Source: Octopus vulgaris
Lineage: Eukaryota
DNA: 64,000 nucleotides
Direction of reading: 5' to 3'
Assembly: GCA_951406725.2 (NCBI GenBank)
Contig: OX597829.1
Coordinates: 37,386,001-37,450,000, forward strand
Position 1 is the stretch's first letter; each line of letters opens with the position of its first letter. Both the position numbers and the translations under genes were made by a program. This document shows, piece after piece, positions 38,951-52,295 of the stretch. The notes under the pieces were generated by a model. The model was not told the DNA's origin, did no database searches, and was given only the letters and a program-made list of their open reading frames with translations.

Positions 38951-39021
38951 AAAATCACACACAATGATTCTCACCAACAAACTCTTGCACGTTTGGATTG
39001 GGAGTTAGAACAAAGGAAAGA
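38951..39021 (+). CDS. THOC5: THOC5 exon 6 (KITHNDSHQQTLARLDWELEQRK)
   Basis: HQQTLARLDWELEQRK signature. Confidence 0.96.
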
Positions 39022-40062
39022 GTAAGTATGTCCAGTGTTTCTGAAGATAAATTCTCTTAAAATGTTATTTATTTATTGGCATGTGAAACATTCAAGCGAG
39101 GTTGCCGCCAGTGCCTCTGGACTGGCTCCTGTGCAGGTGGCACATGAAAAGCACCATTTGGGCATGGTCGTTGCCAGTTCCACCAAACTGGCCTTCGTGC
39201 CAGTGGCACGTAAAAGCACCCACTACACTCTCGGAGTGGTTGGCGTTAGGAAGGGTATCCAGCTGTAGAAACTCTGCCAGATCAAGATTGGAGCCTGGTT
39301 CACCAGACTTCAGTCAAATCGTCCAACCCATGCTAGCATGGAAAGCGGACATTAAATGATGATGATGAGGTACAAGCATGGCTGTGGAATAAAAAGTTTG
39401 CTTTTTGAATCCCAGAACTTCAGGTTCAGTTTCACCATATAGCACCATCATCAAATGTCTTCTGTTTATGGCTTCAGGCTGACCAGAGCCTTGTGAGTGG
39501 ATTTGGTGGAAGAAAACTGAAAGAAGTCCATCCTTTCCAGTTATTTCATCATGTTAAACCGTTAATCCATAAACTGGGTTTTTTTCTCTATTTACTTTCC
39601 GCTTTTCTTTTTCTGTGGGAGACCATAAGTTCAAAATGCCAAAGACTTTTCCATATGTTTCTGAGCATCAAACTAATACACCTGCTTGTTATTCCCTCAC
39701 CTGCCTTTGTTTTTTGTTTTCTGTAGATTTGAAATGTGTGTGTGTGTGTGTGTGTGTATGCATACATGTATGTGTGATACAGTCTTTTTGCCTTGATATC
39801 ATATAATAGCTGTGAGTGTCACCATCATGCATGCAGTCTCCTTCATTTTCAATCTTCTCTGGTCATGGAAAAATATTACCTCACTTGGAAACCAGTGTGG
39901 AAGGACATATGACCTTAGTAAATCATCCTCTACAATTCTGTCCAACCCATGCAAATATGGAAAGTGGACATTATAACACTGATGGTGATTTTATATATAT
40001 ATATTTAATATTTATTTATATATATATATATTTAATATTTATTTATATATATATATATTTAA

Positions 40063-40106
<44 letters not shown>

Positions 40107-40308
40107 GTTTTGGTATCCAGAAGACTTGAGGTGGCAGGTAAGGCTATGTAAGTGCTATGGAAGGACCACTGTTAGACTCCTGGTTCAATAATAGTATGTG
40201 TGAGGAGTCTAATGCAGGTCATGTGTGAGCGTGTTTAGGTTAAATAAAATGAGACAACAAAACCAAGGCAGTGTGACATTTGTAGGACATTTTATAAAGA
40301 GGGTGTTA

Positions 40309-40356
40309 GTCTTACAGCTGTATCAGGGTTATAAAAGATATCCCATCATCAGAGAC
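40309..40356 (-). ncRNA. Hammerhead ribozyme motif with one core substitution
   Basis: GTCT-CTGATGA-TGGGATAT..ATAACCCT-GATA-CAGCTG-TA-AGAC; stem I and palindromic stem III intact, GAAA changed to GATA. Confidence 0.55.
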
Positions 40357-41951
40357 GAAATGAGAGAGTTAAAAAGAAGGAAATAGTAAAGTTCAGTATA
40401 AAAAGTTATTTTGGAAAGGGAGAGATATAAGAAGTATAAAGGGACATATAAGAATAAAAATAAAGATATATGTTGGATGTTAAACTTAGTGTTCCATAAT
40501 CCAATGAATGTGCTGTGTAGAATGTGTAAAAAGGTTTTTGTCCATGGTATATAAGTTGTGATAGGAGTTCATATTTTGTTGTTATAAATGGATAGTGTGC
40601 AGGTATATATATAATATATATATATATAGTACAAAGTAAGATAGAGGTTATGGGTGTAACCCACTATGGGATATCATTTATCCAATATACTGTTGGTAAA
40701 ATACCCAAATTCTTAATACATAAATGTTTTTAATTGCAATGCAATTAAGTCATTTATTGTATTAAACGGGTGAAGGTAAAGAAATATTTTTACCGTAAAT
40801 TTCTAATACAAATAAGAAAATGGAGAAACAAATTTGGTTTGTTTATCAACTTACGGATATTATAATGTTGATTATTTAGTTCTCATTTGTAAAATGAATA
40901 AATAATCCAACATTATAATATCCATAAGTTGATGAACAAACCAAATTTGTTTCTCCATCTTATTTGTTTTATATATATATATATATACACATATATGTGT
41001 ATTATATTTACATACAACTATTCTTTATTTGTGGGTTATTAGGGCTACCAACATTTCCATGTAAAGGGGAATCTCTCAATAGTTATCAATCCTGCCACAT
41101 AGGAATATTAGTCCTTATCTGCATCCAAGATGTGACAGGCTTGATAATAGTTGAGAGATTCCTCTTTATATGAAACTTATTGGTAGCCTTGTTGACCCAC
41201 AAATGTAGAATATTTATCCATCAATGCAGTATTGAGTACTCATTCTCACTGTTCGAGATATCCGTTCGTATTTATTTATGTATGTATATATATTTATATA
41301 TGTTTACATATATATAATCATTTTCAGTTTTGCATGAGCTGGATGGAATTTGTTGAGACAGATTTTCTACAATCAGATGTCTTTCTTGTTGTTAATCCTC
41401 ACCTGTTTCCCAGCTAGACAATATTTTCCCAATGGCTAGACATGTCTATGCAGAAGATAAGAAAAGAATGGTTCTGCTTATGTGGTGGTGTCACTTGTTT
41501 ATAACGTAACTATCATGTGATGTCAAGACAAAGAGGCTCAATCGCACACACATACACACAGGCTTTCAGTTTCTGTCTTCCAAATCCAATTCACAAGGCT
41601 TTCGTCAGCCAGGGTCTATAGAAGAAGACACTTGTTTAAAGTACCATGCAGTGGGACTGAACCTGAAACCATGTGACTGGGAAGCAAACTTCCTAATCAA
41701 ACAATCATGCCCCTGCTTATATATGCGGAGTAGATAAAACAGGGGACAATTAATGAAGGGGATGTTCTTTATGTTGCCTGTCTCGTTTCTTTATTTGTTT
41801 CTTTCGTTGTCTGTAAAAAGTTTGTTTTTTATGTTCTCGTTTCTCATTTTGTTGACGTTTTTTTGATGTCCTGTACCCATATATGCAGGTATATGTACAT
41901 GTATGTATATATGCATATATTTATGTATTATTTATATTATATATATATATA

Positions 41952-44310
41952 TGTAGCAATATCGTCTCTCAGTGCTATCTTCACTGTTTGAGAAGAGTAT
42001 ATAGAATGACCTCGGTCGAGATTACAAACAGCTTTGGCTAGTTCAACATTGATGTAAACACTAATTCGATTGGCTGACACGTTGGTCTCTACTACGCTCG
42101 CACCGCTGGTTATAACTTGGCGCAAAATGTCTCGACTTATTTTCGCGCCATAGTTCCAAGCAGCCAATCACAGCTTTCCATTTCGGAAGTTAATTGGGAG
42201 CCATGTAAAGCCTATAAATAAGGTTTCTCAGAAGAATATTCGTCTTAGGTTTCCAGTCCTTCTCAGGGCGAACCTCTGACCACACAGCTCGTCTTAGGTT
42301 TCCAGTCCTTCTCAGGGCGAACCTCTGACCACACAGCTCGTCTTAGGTTTCCAGTCCTTCTCAGGGCGAACCTCTGACCACACAGCTCGTCTTAGGTTTC
42401 CAGTCCTTCTCAGGGCGAACCTCTGACCACACAGCTCGTCTTAGGTTTCCAGTCCTTCTCAGGGCGAACCTCTGACCACACAGCTCGTCTTAGGTTTCCA
42501 GTCCTTCTCAGGGCGAACCTCTGACCACACAGCTCGTCTTAGGTTTCCAGTCCTTCTCAGGGCGAACCTCTGACCACACAGCTCGTCTTAGGTTTCCAGT
42601 CCTTCTCAGGGCGAACCTCTGACCACACAGCTCGTCTTAGGTTTCCAGTCCTTCTCAGGGCGAACCTCTGACCACACAGCTCGTCTTAGGTTTCCAGTCC
42701 TTCTCAGGGCGAACCTCTGACCACACAGCTCGTCTTAGGTTTCCAGTCCTTCTCAGGGCGAACCTCTGACCACACAGCTCGTCTTAGGTTTCCAGTCCTT
42801 CTCAGGGCGAACCTCTGACCACACAGCTCGTCTTAGGTTTCCAGTCCTTCTCAGGGCGAACCTCTGACCACACAGCTCGTCTTAGGTTTCCAGTCCTTCT
42901 CAGGGCGAACCTCTGACCACACAGCTCGTCTTAAGTTTCCAGTCCTTCTCAGGGCGAACCTCTGACCACACAGCTCGTCTTAGGTTTCCAGTCCTTCTCA
43001 GGGCGAACCTCTGACCACACAGCTCGTCTTAGGTTTCCAGTCCTTCTCAGGGCGAACCTCTGACCACACAGCTCGTCTTAGGTTTCCAGTCCTTCTCGGG
43101 GCGAACCTCTGACCACACAGCTCGTCTTAGGTTTCCAGTCCTTCTCGGGGTGAACCTCTGACCACACAGCTCGTCTTAGGTTTCCAGTCCTTCTCAGGGC
43201 GAACCTCTGACCACACAGCTCGTCTTAGGTTTCCAGTCCTTCTCAGGGCGAACCTCTGACCACACAGCTCGTCTTAGGTTTCCAGACCTTCTCAGGGCGA
43301 ACCTCTGACCACACAGCTCGTCTTAGGTTTCCAGTCCTTCTCGGGGCGAACCTCTGACCACACAGCTCGTCTTAGGTTTCCAGTCCTTCTCGGGGCGAAC
43401 CTCTGACCACACAGCTCGTCTTAGGTTTCCAGTCCTTCTCAGGGCGAACCTCTGACCACACAGCTCGTCTTAGGTTTCCAGTCCTTCTCAGGGCGAACCT
43501 CTGACCACACAGAGCTCGTCGTAGGCTTTTAGTTCTTTTAAGAACTAAGTCTCTGACCACACAGAGAATACTCGACCAAGTTCCAGTTTCGAGGCAGGCG
43601 ACCACCATTAATACAAGATGTTACAGATACCTCTCATACTGTTAGTGTGAAAAATCACCATGAAGAAAACGGTTACAAGATATCTATAACTAGAGAAAAA
43701 TAACCAAGCAGAAAATAATGAAGAAGCAGCAAGAACCAATCGACAAACATCGAAGATTTAAATTGTACACGAGACAACTACAGATTCAACTATAGCGGTT
43801 AGGTGAAATTCTCGCCACGAAGAAAACGGCTACAGAAACATGTCTGGAAGTATATTCATATCAAGAGAAAGATAAACACAATGAGTGATTCAATTAATCT
43901 CAACTGCGACATGCAATATCTTGATATGGAAGTCTGACGCTGTACCTCTTGAAACAGTAAATCAATTATCTGTTCTTGGGTTCTAGTTTCTTCTAAGAAC
44001 TACCTTAAGCCATCTGTTATTACTTGTTGCCAAGCCGATACCAACAACATTAACTGTGAATCAAATCCCATCGTCATTTTCACTGGTCAGTTACCTTTTT
44101 ACGCCTAACGAACACACAGACACAAAAACATGCGAACACTTACAAACTTCCAACATCAAACATGATAGTAAAATATGTAAAATAAATAATGTATATATCT
44201 TAAAAAGAAACCTTGTTGTCATTCCAAACTTATGTGTATTGCCGCTGCATGTAAAATATAGTCAGTAAAATATATTATTAAGAATAGGATCACGTTCCTA
44301 TTTTTATACA
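41952..44310 (+). mobile_element. Probable solo LTR inserted in a (TA)n tract (THOC5 intron 6)
   Basis: TGTA...TACA ends, CCAAT (~42164), TATAAATA (~42213), AATAAA (44181); no coding domain recognised. Confidence 0.65.
42241..43565. repeat. 49-bp tandem array, 26 near-identical units plus a degenerate unit
   Basis: Unit cgtcttaggtttccagtccttctcagggcgaacctctgaccacacagct; period checked from 42241 to 43466. Confidence 0.97.
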
Positions 44311-45012
44311 TATATATACACACACACACACATCCAGTCCACATTGCAAAGGGCATCCAGGTGTAAAAATCATGCCAAAACTAACTTTACCTGTGCTAGT
44401 ACCACATAAAAAAGCCCTGAGTCCACACTACAGAGTGATTGGTGTCAGGAAGGGCATCCAGCTGTAAAATCTCTACCAAAACAGACACAGTAACCTAGAG
44501 TAGTTTTTCTACCTGGCCGGCTCCTGTCACCCATCCTGCCCATGCATTCATGGAAGATGGACATTAAACGATGATGATGATGATATAGTGTGTGATAAAA
44601 GCATGTTGAATCTCCCTGAGAACTACATTAAAGAGTATGTAGGTCGTTGCCAGTACAGCCTGACTGGCCCCCATGCTGGTGGCACGTAAAAAGCACTCAC
44701 TACATTCTCGGAGTGGTTGGCATTAGGAAGGGCATCCAGCTGTAGAAACTCTGCCTGATCAGATTGGAGCTTGGTGTGGCCGTCTGGTTCGCCAGCCCTC
44801 AGTCAAAATCGTCCAACCCATGCTAGCATGGAAAGCGGACGTTAAACGATGATGATGATGTGTGTTTGTGAAGTGTTAGAGAGAGATATTGGCTTGGATA
44901 TGTGGTTAAGTAGTTCATTTGTCAACCACATTGTTCTGGGTTCAGTCCCACTGTGCATTAACTTTGGCAATTATCTTTTATCAGTTTTATTTTACTATAT
45001 TTATTTTATCAG

Positions 45013-45127
45013 GTTATCTGGTGAGCTGAAAAAATCTCAAGAAAAAAGGGAAAAACTTCTAAAAGAGATAACTGAGAGCAAAGACTATCTTGATAGCATG
45101 CAACCAAAACTGAATTCCATTCTTCAG
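45013..45127 (+). CDS. THOC5: THOC5 exon 7 (LSGELKK...YLDSMQPKLNSILQ)
   Basis: QPxLNSIxQ motif; atcag| and CAG|gtaaat. Confidence 0.95.
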
Positions 45128-46935
45128 GTAAATTGTGTAATATATTTATTTTAATTTTTTTTTTTTATTTCTTTGTTTAGCATCATTGAAAGTATCTTGA
45201 AAATGTTTCTGTGGGAGATCTGTGAATGTAAAGAATGCAAGTTAGAAAGAGAGACATCTCCAAGGACACCCAGCAAAGGGATCAGTTATTAAAGTTGACA
45301 GCTGTACAATAGATATCACAATTCAGGGTATATTGGCAGGAAAAATAAGTGGAGTATTAGAGATAATCTCTGAGATCCTGAAAATATCTGGTAAAGAAAA
45401 ACATCTCTTAGTCACTTGCGTTAGTTAGTCAGGCAATGCAGGAAGGTGTCTCTTACCTGGTGATTGGCATAGTATCATTGTCAACTGCTACAAAATTAAT
45501 CCTTAAGGCATCATTCAAGCGTGATCGTTACCAGCGTTGCCTTACTGGCACTTGTGCCTGTGCTAGTAGGGTGCCAAGAGCACCATCCGAGCGTGATCGT
45601 TGCCATAGCAGCCAACTGGCTTCCGTGCCAATGGCATGTAAAAGGGCACCATTCGAGCATGATCGTTACCAGCGTCGCCTTACTGACACCTGTGCTGGTG
45701 GCATGTGTAAAAAGATTCGAGCGATGTCATTGCCAGTACCGCCTGACTGGCCCCCATGCCGGTGGCACGTAAAAAGTACCCACTACACTCTTGGAGTGGT
45801 TGGGGTTAGGAAGGGCATCCAGCTGTAGAAACTCTGCCAAATCAAAATTGGAGCCTGGTTCGCCAGCCCTCAGTCAAAATCGTCCAACCCATGCTAGCAT
45901 GGAAAGCGGACGTTAAATGATGATGATTATTGTCAAATGTAATACTTATTAATTAATATTAATAATTCATATTGTTTTGAATTCATCGAGCATTATCTTG
46001 TTGCTTTGAGACTTTGCTGATGTAATTGTTTATTTTTAGAGTAACATAGGATAGATGGAAGTGGCCAGATCTGGCCTCTTTGAACAGAAAACAGGTAGAA
46101 TAATATGGCCGGATACAGTCAATTTAGATGCTAAATGGTTGAGGGAGATGCTCTGAAATGAAGTAACTACAGAGACATCAAACTGTTGGGTAAAGTTATG
46201 AAAGTTATAGAAAACTAAAACTGATTAAAGAGAGAATTGTTAGATGACATGTAGTTCAGGGGGGGGGGGTTCTAGTTTATTTGCTTGTGGTTTATGTTGT
46301 TATTAAGGATGAAGTGATGTTGGCACGTGTAGCTGCTTCTTTATAGCTGGTAGAGTCAGTGTAAAAAGGCAGTGCCCCAACATAGTTGCAGTCTAATGAC
46401 TGAAGACAGTAAAAGAGTGAACAATACAAGACCTGAATATCAGTCATCATCATCATTATCATTTAACATCTGTTTCCCATGCTGGCATGGGTTGGATGGT
46501 TTGACAGGAGCCAGCCAGGTAGAAAACTACTCCAGGCTACTGTGTCTGTTTTAGCATGATTTTGACAGCTGGATGCTCTCCCAAATGCCAGTCACTTCAG
46601 TGTGGATTGGATGCTTTTTACGTAGCACTGGCAGGGTCACCAAGTAACTTGCAAGACAAGGAATTTTGAGAGGGGAGGGGGCATTGGCGGAAGTTATCTT
46701 GTGTCAGATGATGAAAGGTTAGAGAAGCAGAAACAGGTGTCTTGCTATAGGGGAGGTACATGGTTACCTGGCAGAGAGAGAGAGAGAGAGAGAAAGAGAG
46801 GTGACAAGAAAGAGGACAGAAACAAGGACATTTAGACTAATTAGTGATTAAGTACTATATGATAATATTGCATCATATCTATTTGCTTTTCTTTTCTTTT
46901 TAAATTTTAATAATTTCAAAATTCTTGTAATTCAG

Positions 46936-47068
46936 GCTACAAAACCAGTCCAGGAATATCTCAACATGCCATTTGATGAAATTCGACAAAAGCATCGAGC
47001 TGCACGCCATCTACCACAACCATTATATGTTTTATTCATGCAAGCTAGCTCCTATCAAGAAGCTTGTG
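46936..47068 (+). CDS. THOC5: THOC5 exon 8 ([14 protein letters not shown]...[14 protein letters not shown]...AC)
   Basis: PVQEYLxMPFD and ARHLPxPLYVLF signatures. Confidence 0.97.
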
Positions 47069-47101
47069 GTAAGTATTTGTTGTTATTTTTTTGTTTCTTA
47101 A

Positions 47102-47322
47102 CCCTTTAGTGTTCGCATTATTCTGCCAAAATTAATCCTTTTTTATCCAAATTGTTTTGAACTAATCATGCATTATCTTGTAGCTATGAGATTTTGATGA
47201 GGTAGCTGTTAATTTTTAAAACGATATTGTAGGGCTGGTGTGAGAGACCAGATCTTGCCAGTTTGAACATAAAACAGGAAGAATATTTTTGGCCGGATAT
47301 GGCCGGTTTAAATGCTAAAGGG
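47102..47322. mobile_element. piggyBac MITE family 2 (other copies 13333-13553, 14910-15130, about 50123-50347, about 63602-63808)
   Basis: TTAA|CCCTTTAG...CTAAAGGG|TTAA, about 220 bp, mutually similar. Confidence 0.88.
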
Positions 47323-48425
47323 TTAATTTGTTTTTTTTTTCTTCTTTCTCCTCCTCACAGAATTTCATAAAACTTTTTTCAGTTTCTTCTTTTTTTTAAA
47401 CTGTTTTCATGAAATCTTTTGTAATTTCAAACTACATAGGTGCAAGTTGTGTCTGTGGTTAAGAAATTTGCTTTCCAACCACATGATTCTGGGTTCAGTT
47501 ATACTGTGTGGCACCTTGGGGCAGGTGTCTTCACGGTGACTACTTGCATGACTGTAAAACTTGCTTACAACTATCATGCAATGTCAAGGACAAGAGAGAG
47601 TAACACTCACACACACACACATGCGACAGGCTTCTTTCAGTTTCTATCCACCAAATCCACTCACAAGGCTTTGGTCAACCTGGATTTATCATAGAAGACA
47701 CTTGCCCAAAGAACCATGCAGTGGGACTGAACATGAAACCATGTGGTTGGGAAGCAGACTTCTTACCAAACAGCCACGTCTGCACCTATAATAATCATCA
47801 TCATCATCATTTAACATCCACCTTTCATGTTGGCATGGTTGGAACTATATTAGGTATCATATTTCATTTCACACTTACAGTCTGGTCTCTGACAATCCAT
47901 TTCACATAATCTATCACTAAGGTTGTTGTTTAGCCCCTCAGTGAGCAGGTCTGTGATCAGAAGTGTTCCACCCCATCTACTATAGCCATCCCTGTCTTAT
48001 TTTGAGACATAGTGTATTGTAAGTGCATCCTTGACATGTCATTCTTTTTGTGAGAGATTTAACTGTTATTTCTTGCATATTTAGTAAATATCTGCAGGCT
48101 GGGGTTCATGCTCTCCTGTGTGAAATTGTTGAAGAATTTGAAGAATTAGATATAGAAGGATTGCTGGTGTTTTTCCATCTTGATTGAGCAGTCCTGTAAT
48201 CAAAAGTATTCCAGCAATGACAATACCATATTTAGAACTACAGCGTGCCACCTGCTTTTCTTGTGATAGAAATTTGAGGGTGGTTTAATTGTTAATTCTA
48301 GTAGATCAGTCATCCATAGCCACATAGGCTCTCCTACCTACCCACATCCCACCCTCTCATTGGCTTAACCATAAAAAATATTTATTATGATGAATTCTCA
48401 TTTACATCTGTTTTGTTCTTTTCAG

Positions 48426-48500
48426 ATCCAGACTTGGTGGTCAGCCTGGAAGGAGACCATGAAGCCGCTAGATCACTTGACATGGAAACTGTCCTTGAAG
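48426..48500 (+). CDS. THOC5: THOC5 exon 9 (DPDLVVSLEGDHEAARSLDMETVLE)
   Basis: Phase 1/1, canonical sites; aligns to DxxLxVxIEGxxxxAxxL. Confidence 0.92.
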
Positions 48501-50392
48501 GTAATTATAATATATTTCTTTAGTGCCCACAAGGGGCTAAACATAAAGGGGACAAACAAAGACAGACAAAGGGATTAAGTCAATTACATCGACCCCAGTG
48601 CGTAACTGGTACTTTATTTATCGACCCCCCCAAAGGATGAAAGGCTAAGTTGACCTCGGTGGAATTTGAACTCAGAACGTGGCAGCAGACAAAATTCTAC
48701 TACGCACTTCGGCTGGCGTGCTAACGATTCTGCCAGCTTGCTGAGGGTGGTAATAATAATAATAATGGAGATGATGATAATGATAATCCTTTCTACTCCA
48801 ATGATTGAAACCAGCAAAAGAATATATATGTTTGTTGCAATAACAAAGAGGAATGAAACTCAGTATATGAATATATAGTTTTACAAAAGTGATTCAAGGG
48901 CCAAGAGTTTCATGCATGGCGCTTATTTATTTGCTGATGATAAAGGTGTTTGTGTGTGTGTGTGTGTCTGTATGTGTCTACGTGCAAAAATTGATGGAAT
49001 TGTGGTTGTGAAATTTGCTTTGCAAACCACATAGTTTTGGGCCCAAATACACTTCATAATACTTTCTGCCCATAACCTCAGTTCCACCAAAATCTTGGTG
49101 CGGTGAAATCTGGTTGCTGGATACAGTGCGGAAGCCCATTGGATAATATCATCATCTTCATCATTTTAACGTCCATGTTCCCATCCTTTCAAGGGTCAGA
49201 CTGAATTTATTGAGGCAGAATTTTCTACAGCCGGATGCCCTTTTTGTTGCCAACCCTCACCTGTTTCCAAAGAAGTAATATTTCCTTGTAATCAGACCAT
49301 GTTCACGCAGAATATTGGAAATGAATGACACCGCTTGTATGACAGTGATACTCATTTACGACTATCACACAATGTCAAGACACAAGCATATTCTCATGCA
49401 CACACACAAACATACACATATACATACAGGCTTCCTCCAGTTTACATTTGCATTCGCTCACAAGGTTTTGGTTAATCTGGAGCTATAGTAGAAAACATTT
49501 GCACAAAGTTCCACACAGTGGGACTGGACTCAAGTGTGCAGGTTTTGGGAAATTGAGCTTTTTATCTACTTAGCTATAGACCAGATTATCAGTTGCCCTT
49601 ATACATTGCTGCTCATAATTCACTTCCATTCTTCTATTGAATGCACCCTTCTCTTTCATTTGGACTAAAATTGTTTGACTGTGTCATCTTTCTTTTATCT
49701 TGGAAGTCTATCAAATGGTCTTTTCAGTCTCTTTCAAAAAATTACTAAAAATGTTTTAATTTTAACATGAATATTTCTGGTTTTAACCCTTTCATTACTG
49801 TATTTCTGTTGAGATGATCTGTGTTTCTTTCAATTACTTTAAATATAGCAAAGAATTTAGTAAAATAATTTAGTTATCATTAAGCTAGTGTTAGAAACAT
49901 AAATTGTGACTTAGGTTTGGTGGAAGATTTTAATTCAAAACTAATGAAAACAAGACATTTGTACTCAGAGCCAGAGCTGGTTTCAGCCGGGTTGGTAATG
50001 AAAGGGTTAATAAAACCAGAAATATTCTCAGGCAGGTCAGCATCAAAAGCATTCCAGAAAGTTTAGATGTTATTTCACGTTTTTATGATAATAAAGGATA
50101 GCTTTATGAGTATTTACCTTAACCTTTTAATGTTCAGGTTATTCTACCAAATGTAATGCTTACTGATTCACATTGTTTTGAATTAATCATGCTTTATCTT
50201 GTATCTTTGGGATTTCAATAATAATGATGTGATTGTTTAATGTAGAATAACATTGTAGGGTAGATGGGAGAGTCTGGATCAGGTTAATTTGAACATAAAA
50301 CTGATGGAATATTTTGGCTGAATATGGCCAGTTTAAATGCAAAAGGGTTAAAGATTGAAAAAATTACTATTTACATTTTTTTTCTTTTACAG

Positions 50393-50439
50393 AATTTGAT
50401 TCTGACAGTGATAATGATGATCAAGATAAGCATAGTTCT
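50393..50439 (+). CDS. THOC5: THOC5 exon 10 (EFDSDSDNDDQDKHSS)
   Basis: Acidic DSDSD tract as in THOC5; long pyrimidine tract, TCT|gtaagt; phase 1/0 fits. Confidence 0.88.
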
Positions 50440-52195
50440 GTAAGTTGTTTTTTTTTTTTTTTCCTTTGCTGACTTTTCTAACTTTGTACCAGAACAAATT
50501 ATGGAAGGTATTTTATGTTCCTCCAGTCCAGTCAGCTGTAATTGAATGACTCTGCAACAGATAATTGTCCTGTTCGGGGGATAAATGTTTTGATTTTGGT
50601 CTGCTTGTACATGATGGAAATGGGGTAACCAGCCCCGTGACTCTTAGGGCGTGAAACAGTTTTTGTTCAGGAATTGATGTTGGTGATGATAGTGATATGA
50701 AAGCTCACAACCAAGTGCGTAAAGATTTGGGCTCACAATCATAAGATCATGGGTTCAATTTATGGGCTGTGCAGGGCATTGCATCCTTGAGCTCCTTAAG
50801 GAAGGCTCTTTCATTTCATGTTGTTCCAATTGCAAGAACTTACCGTTTTTCAACATGTATAAGGAATCCTTTTTTGTCAAAAATTAAGCTAAAAAAATAA
50901 TGGAGTTTCTTATACATGGGTAGTATTATAATCCCCTGCAAAACCTTTTTTCCAAATTTTAAGCCCCCAAAATTAGGGGGTACCTTATTCACATTAAAAT
51001 ACAGTAATTGTCTTTTGGGGAAGGTACTGAATACTTTCAGTCACATTTATCTGGTTATAGATTGAGAATATAAAGAAAACTATGTCTTTGCTCAGTGGCA
51101 CATTACAGTGGCTAAAGTCTTACATATGTATATATATGTATGTGTATATATGTATATATATATATATGTGTTTGTGTGTCTGTGTTTGTCCCCCTAGCAT
51201 TGCTTGACAACCGATGCTGGTGTGTTTACGTCCCCATCACTTAGCAGTTCGGCAAAAGAAAACCGATAGAATAAGTACTGGGCTTACAAAGAATAAGTCC
51301 CGGGGTTGATTTGCTCGACTAAAGGCAGTGCTCCAGCATGGCCACAGTCAAATGACTGAAACAAGTAAAAGATATATATATATGTAAATGTACACATGCA
51401 TACACATACACACAGCCCAGGTTTATAGCTGAAGATATTTGCCCAAGGTATTGCACAGTGGGACTGAACCCGAGATCATATGCTTGGCAAGCAAACTCCT
51501 TGGCCACACAGTCATGCCTGTGATGTCCTCAATCTGACACAGTTGTAAATCACACACAGGGAAACGCAATAATAAAAATTACCAAAGTACAAAGAAACTG
51601 TTGAGGAACTCTGTCAGCTATATTCTGTTCAATAAAGCTTACAAAGCTGAATAAAAAGAATAACTTAAGAGTAAAGATCTTAATCATAGAAGATATAGTG
51701 CATTTCTTCATTTTCTGACATCATATACCTCCAGGGACATGGTTTCTTTGTTATGTAATTCTGTCGTTTGGAAGTTTTTTGTTCCAAATTCTAGCCTCTC
51801 ACACCTACCCTGCAATACCACTCAAAATAAACAGCCAGATCACTGAAATTTTGAAGCTGCGTTAAACCATGTTTAACTCAACACTGTGAATAAACAAGCA
51901 TTATATGTAGTAATCTGAAGGGTTTGAATCATGTGACGTGGACCAATTTAAGCAGTTCTAACCTCTTCACTATGAATAATAACTTGATTCCAAAGTTATA
52001 TTTTATTATCATTGCTGTTGTTGTTGAGTTCAGGTGCTGTCAAGATCAGTTTTACTTTTCATTCTTCCTGAGGTTGGTAAAGTAATAAAATATTGATGAA
52101 GTACTGGGAATTGATGTAAGCAATTAACCTCACCCCAGCCTTAAATCTGTGGCTTTGTACTAATATTGAAGACTGTTTGTTGTTGTTACCTGCAG

Positions 52196-52295
52196 AAACA
52201 CAGGCGGAAAACTACTGAATCTCGTAAATCTGACCGCAAACTTCAAGTTCTTCGTAAACATCCCCTTTCAGTGATACTTGTGATTGGTTGCAGTG
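52196..52295 (+). CDS. THOC5: THOC5 exon 11 (KHRRKTTES...LRKHPLSVILVIGCS)
   Basis: LxxHPLSV signature. Confidence 0.94.

Noticed and set aside
42241-43514. CRISPR-like array
   Set aside because: Units are contiguous and identical with no unique spacers, no cas genes are present, and the context is a eukaryotic intron.
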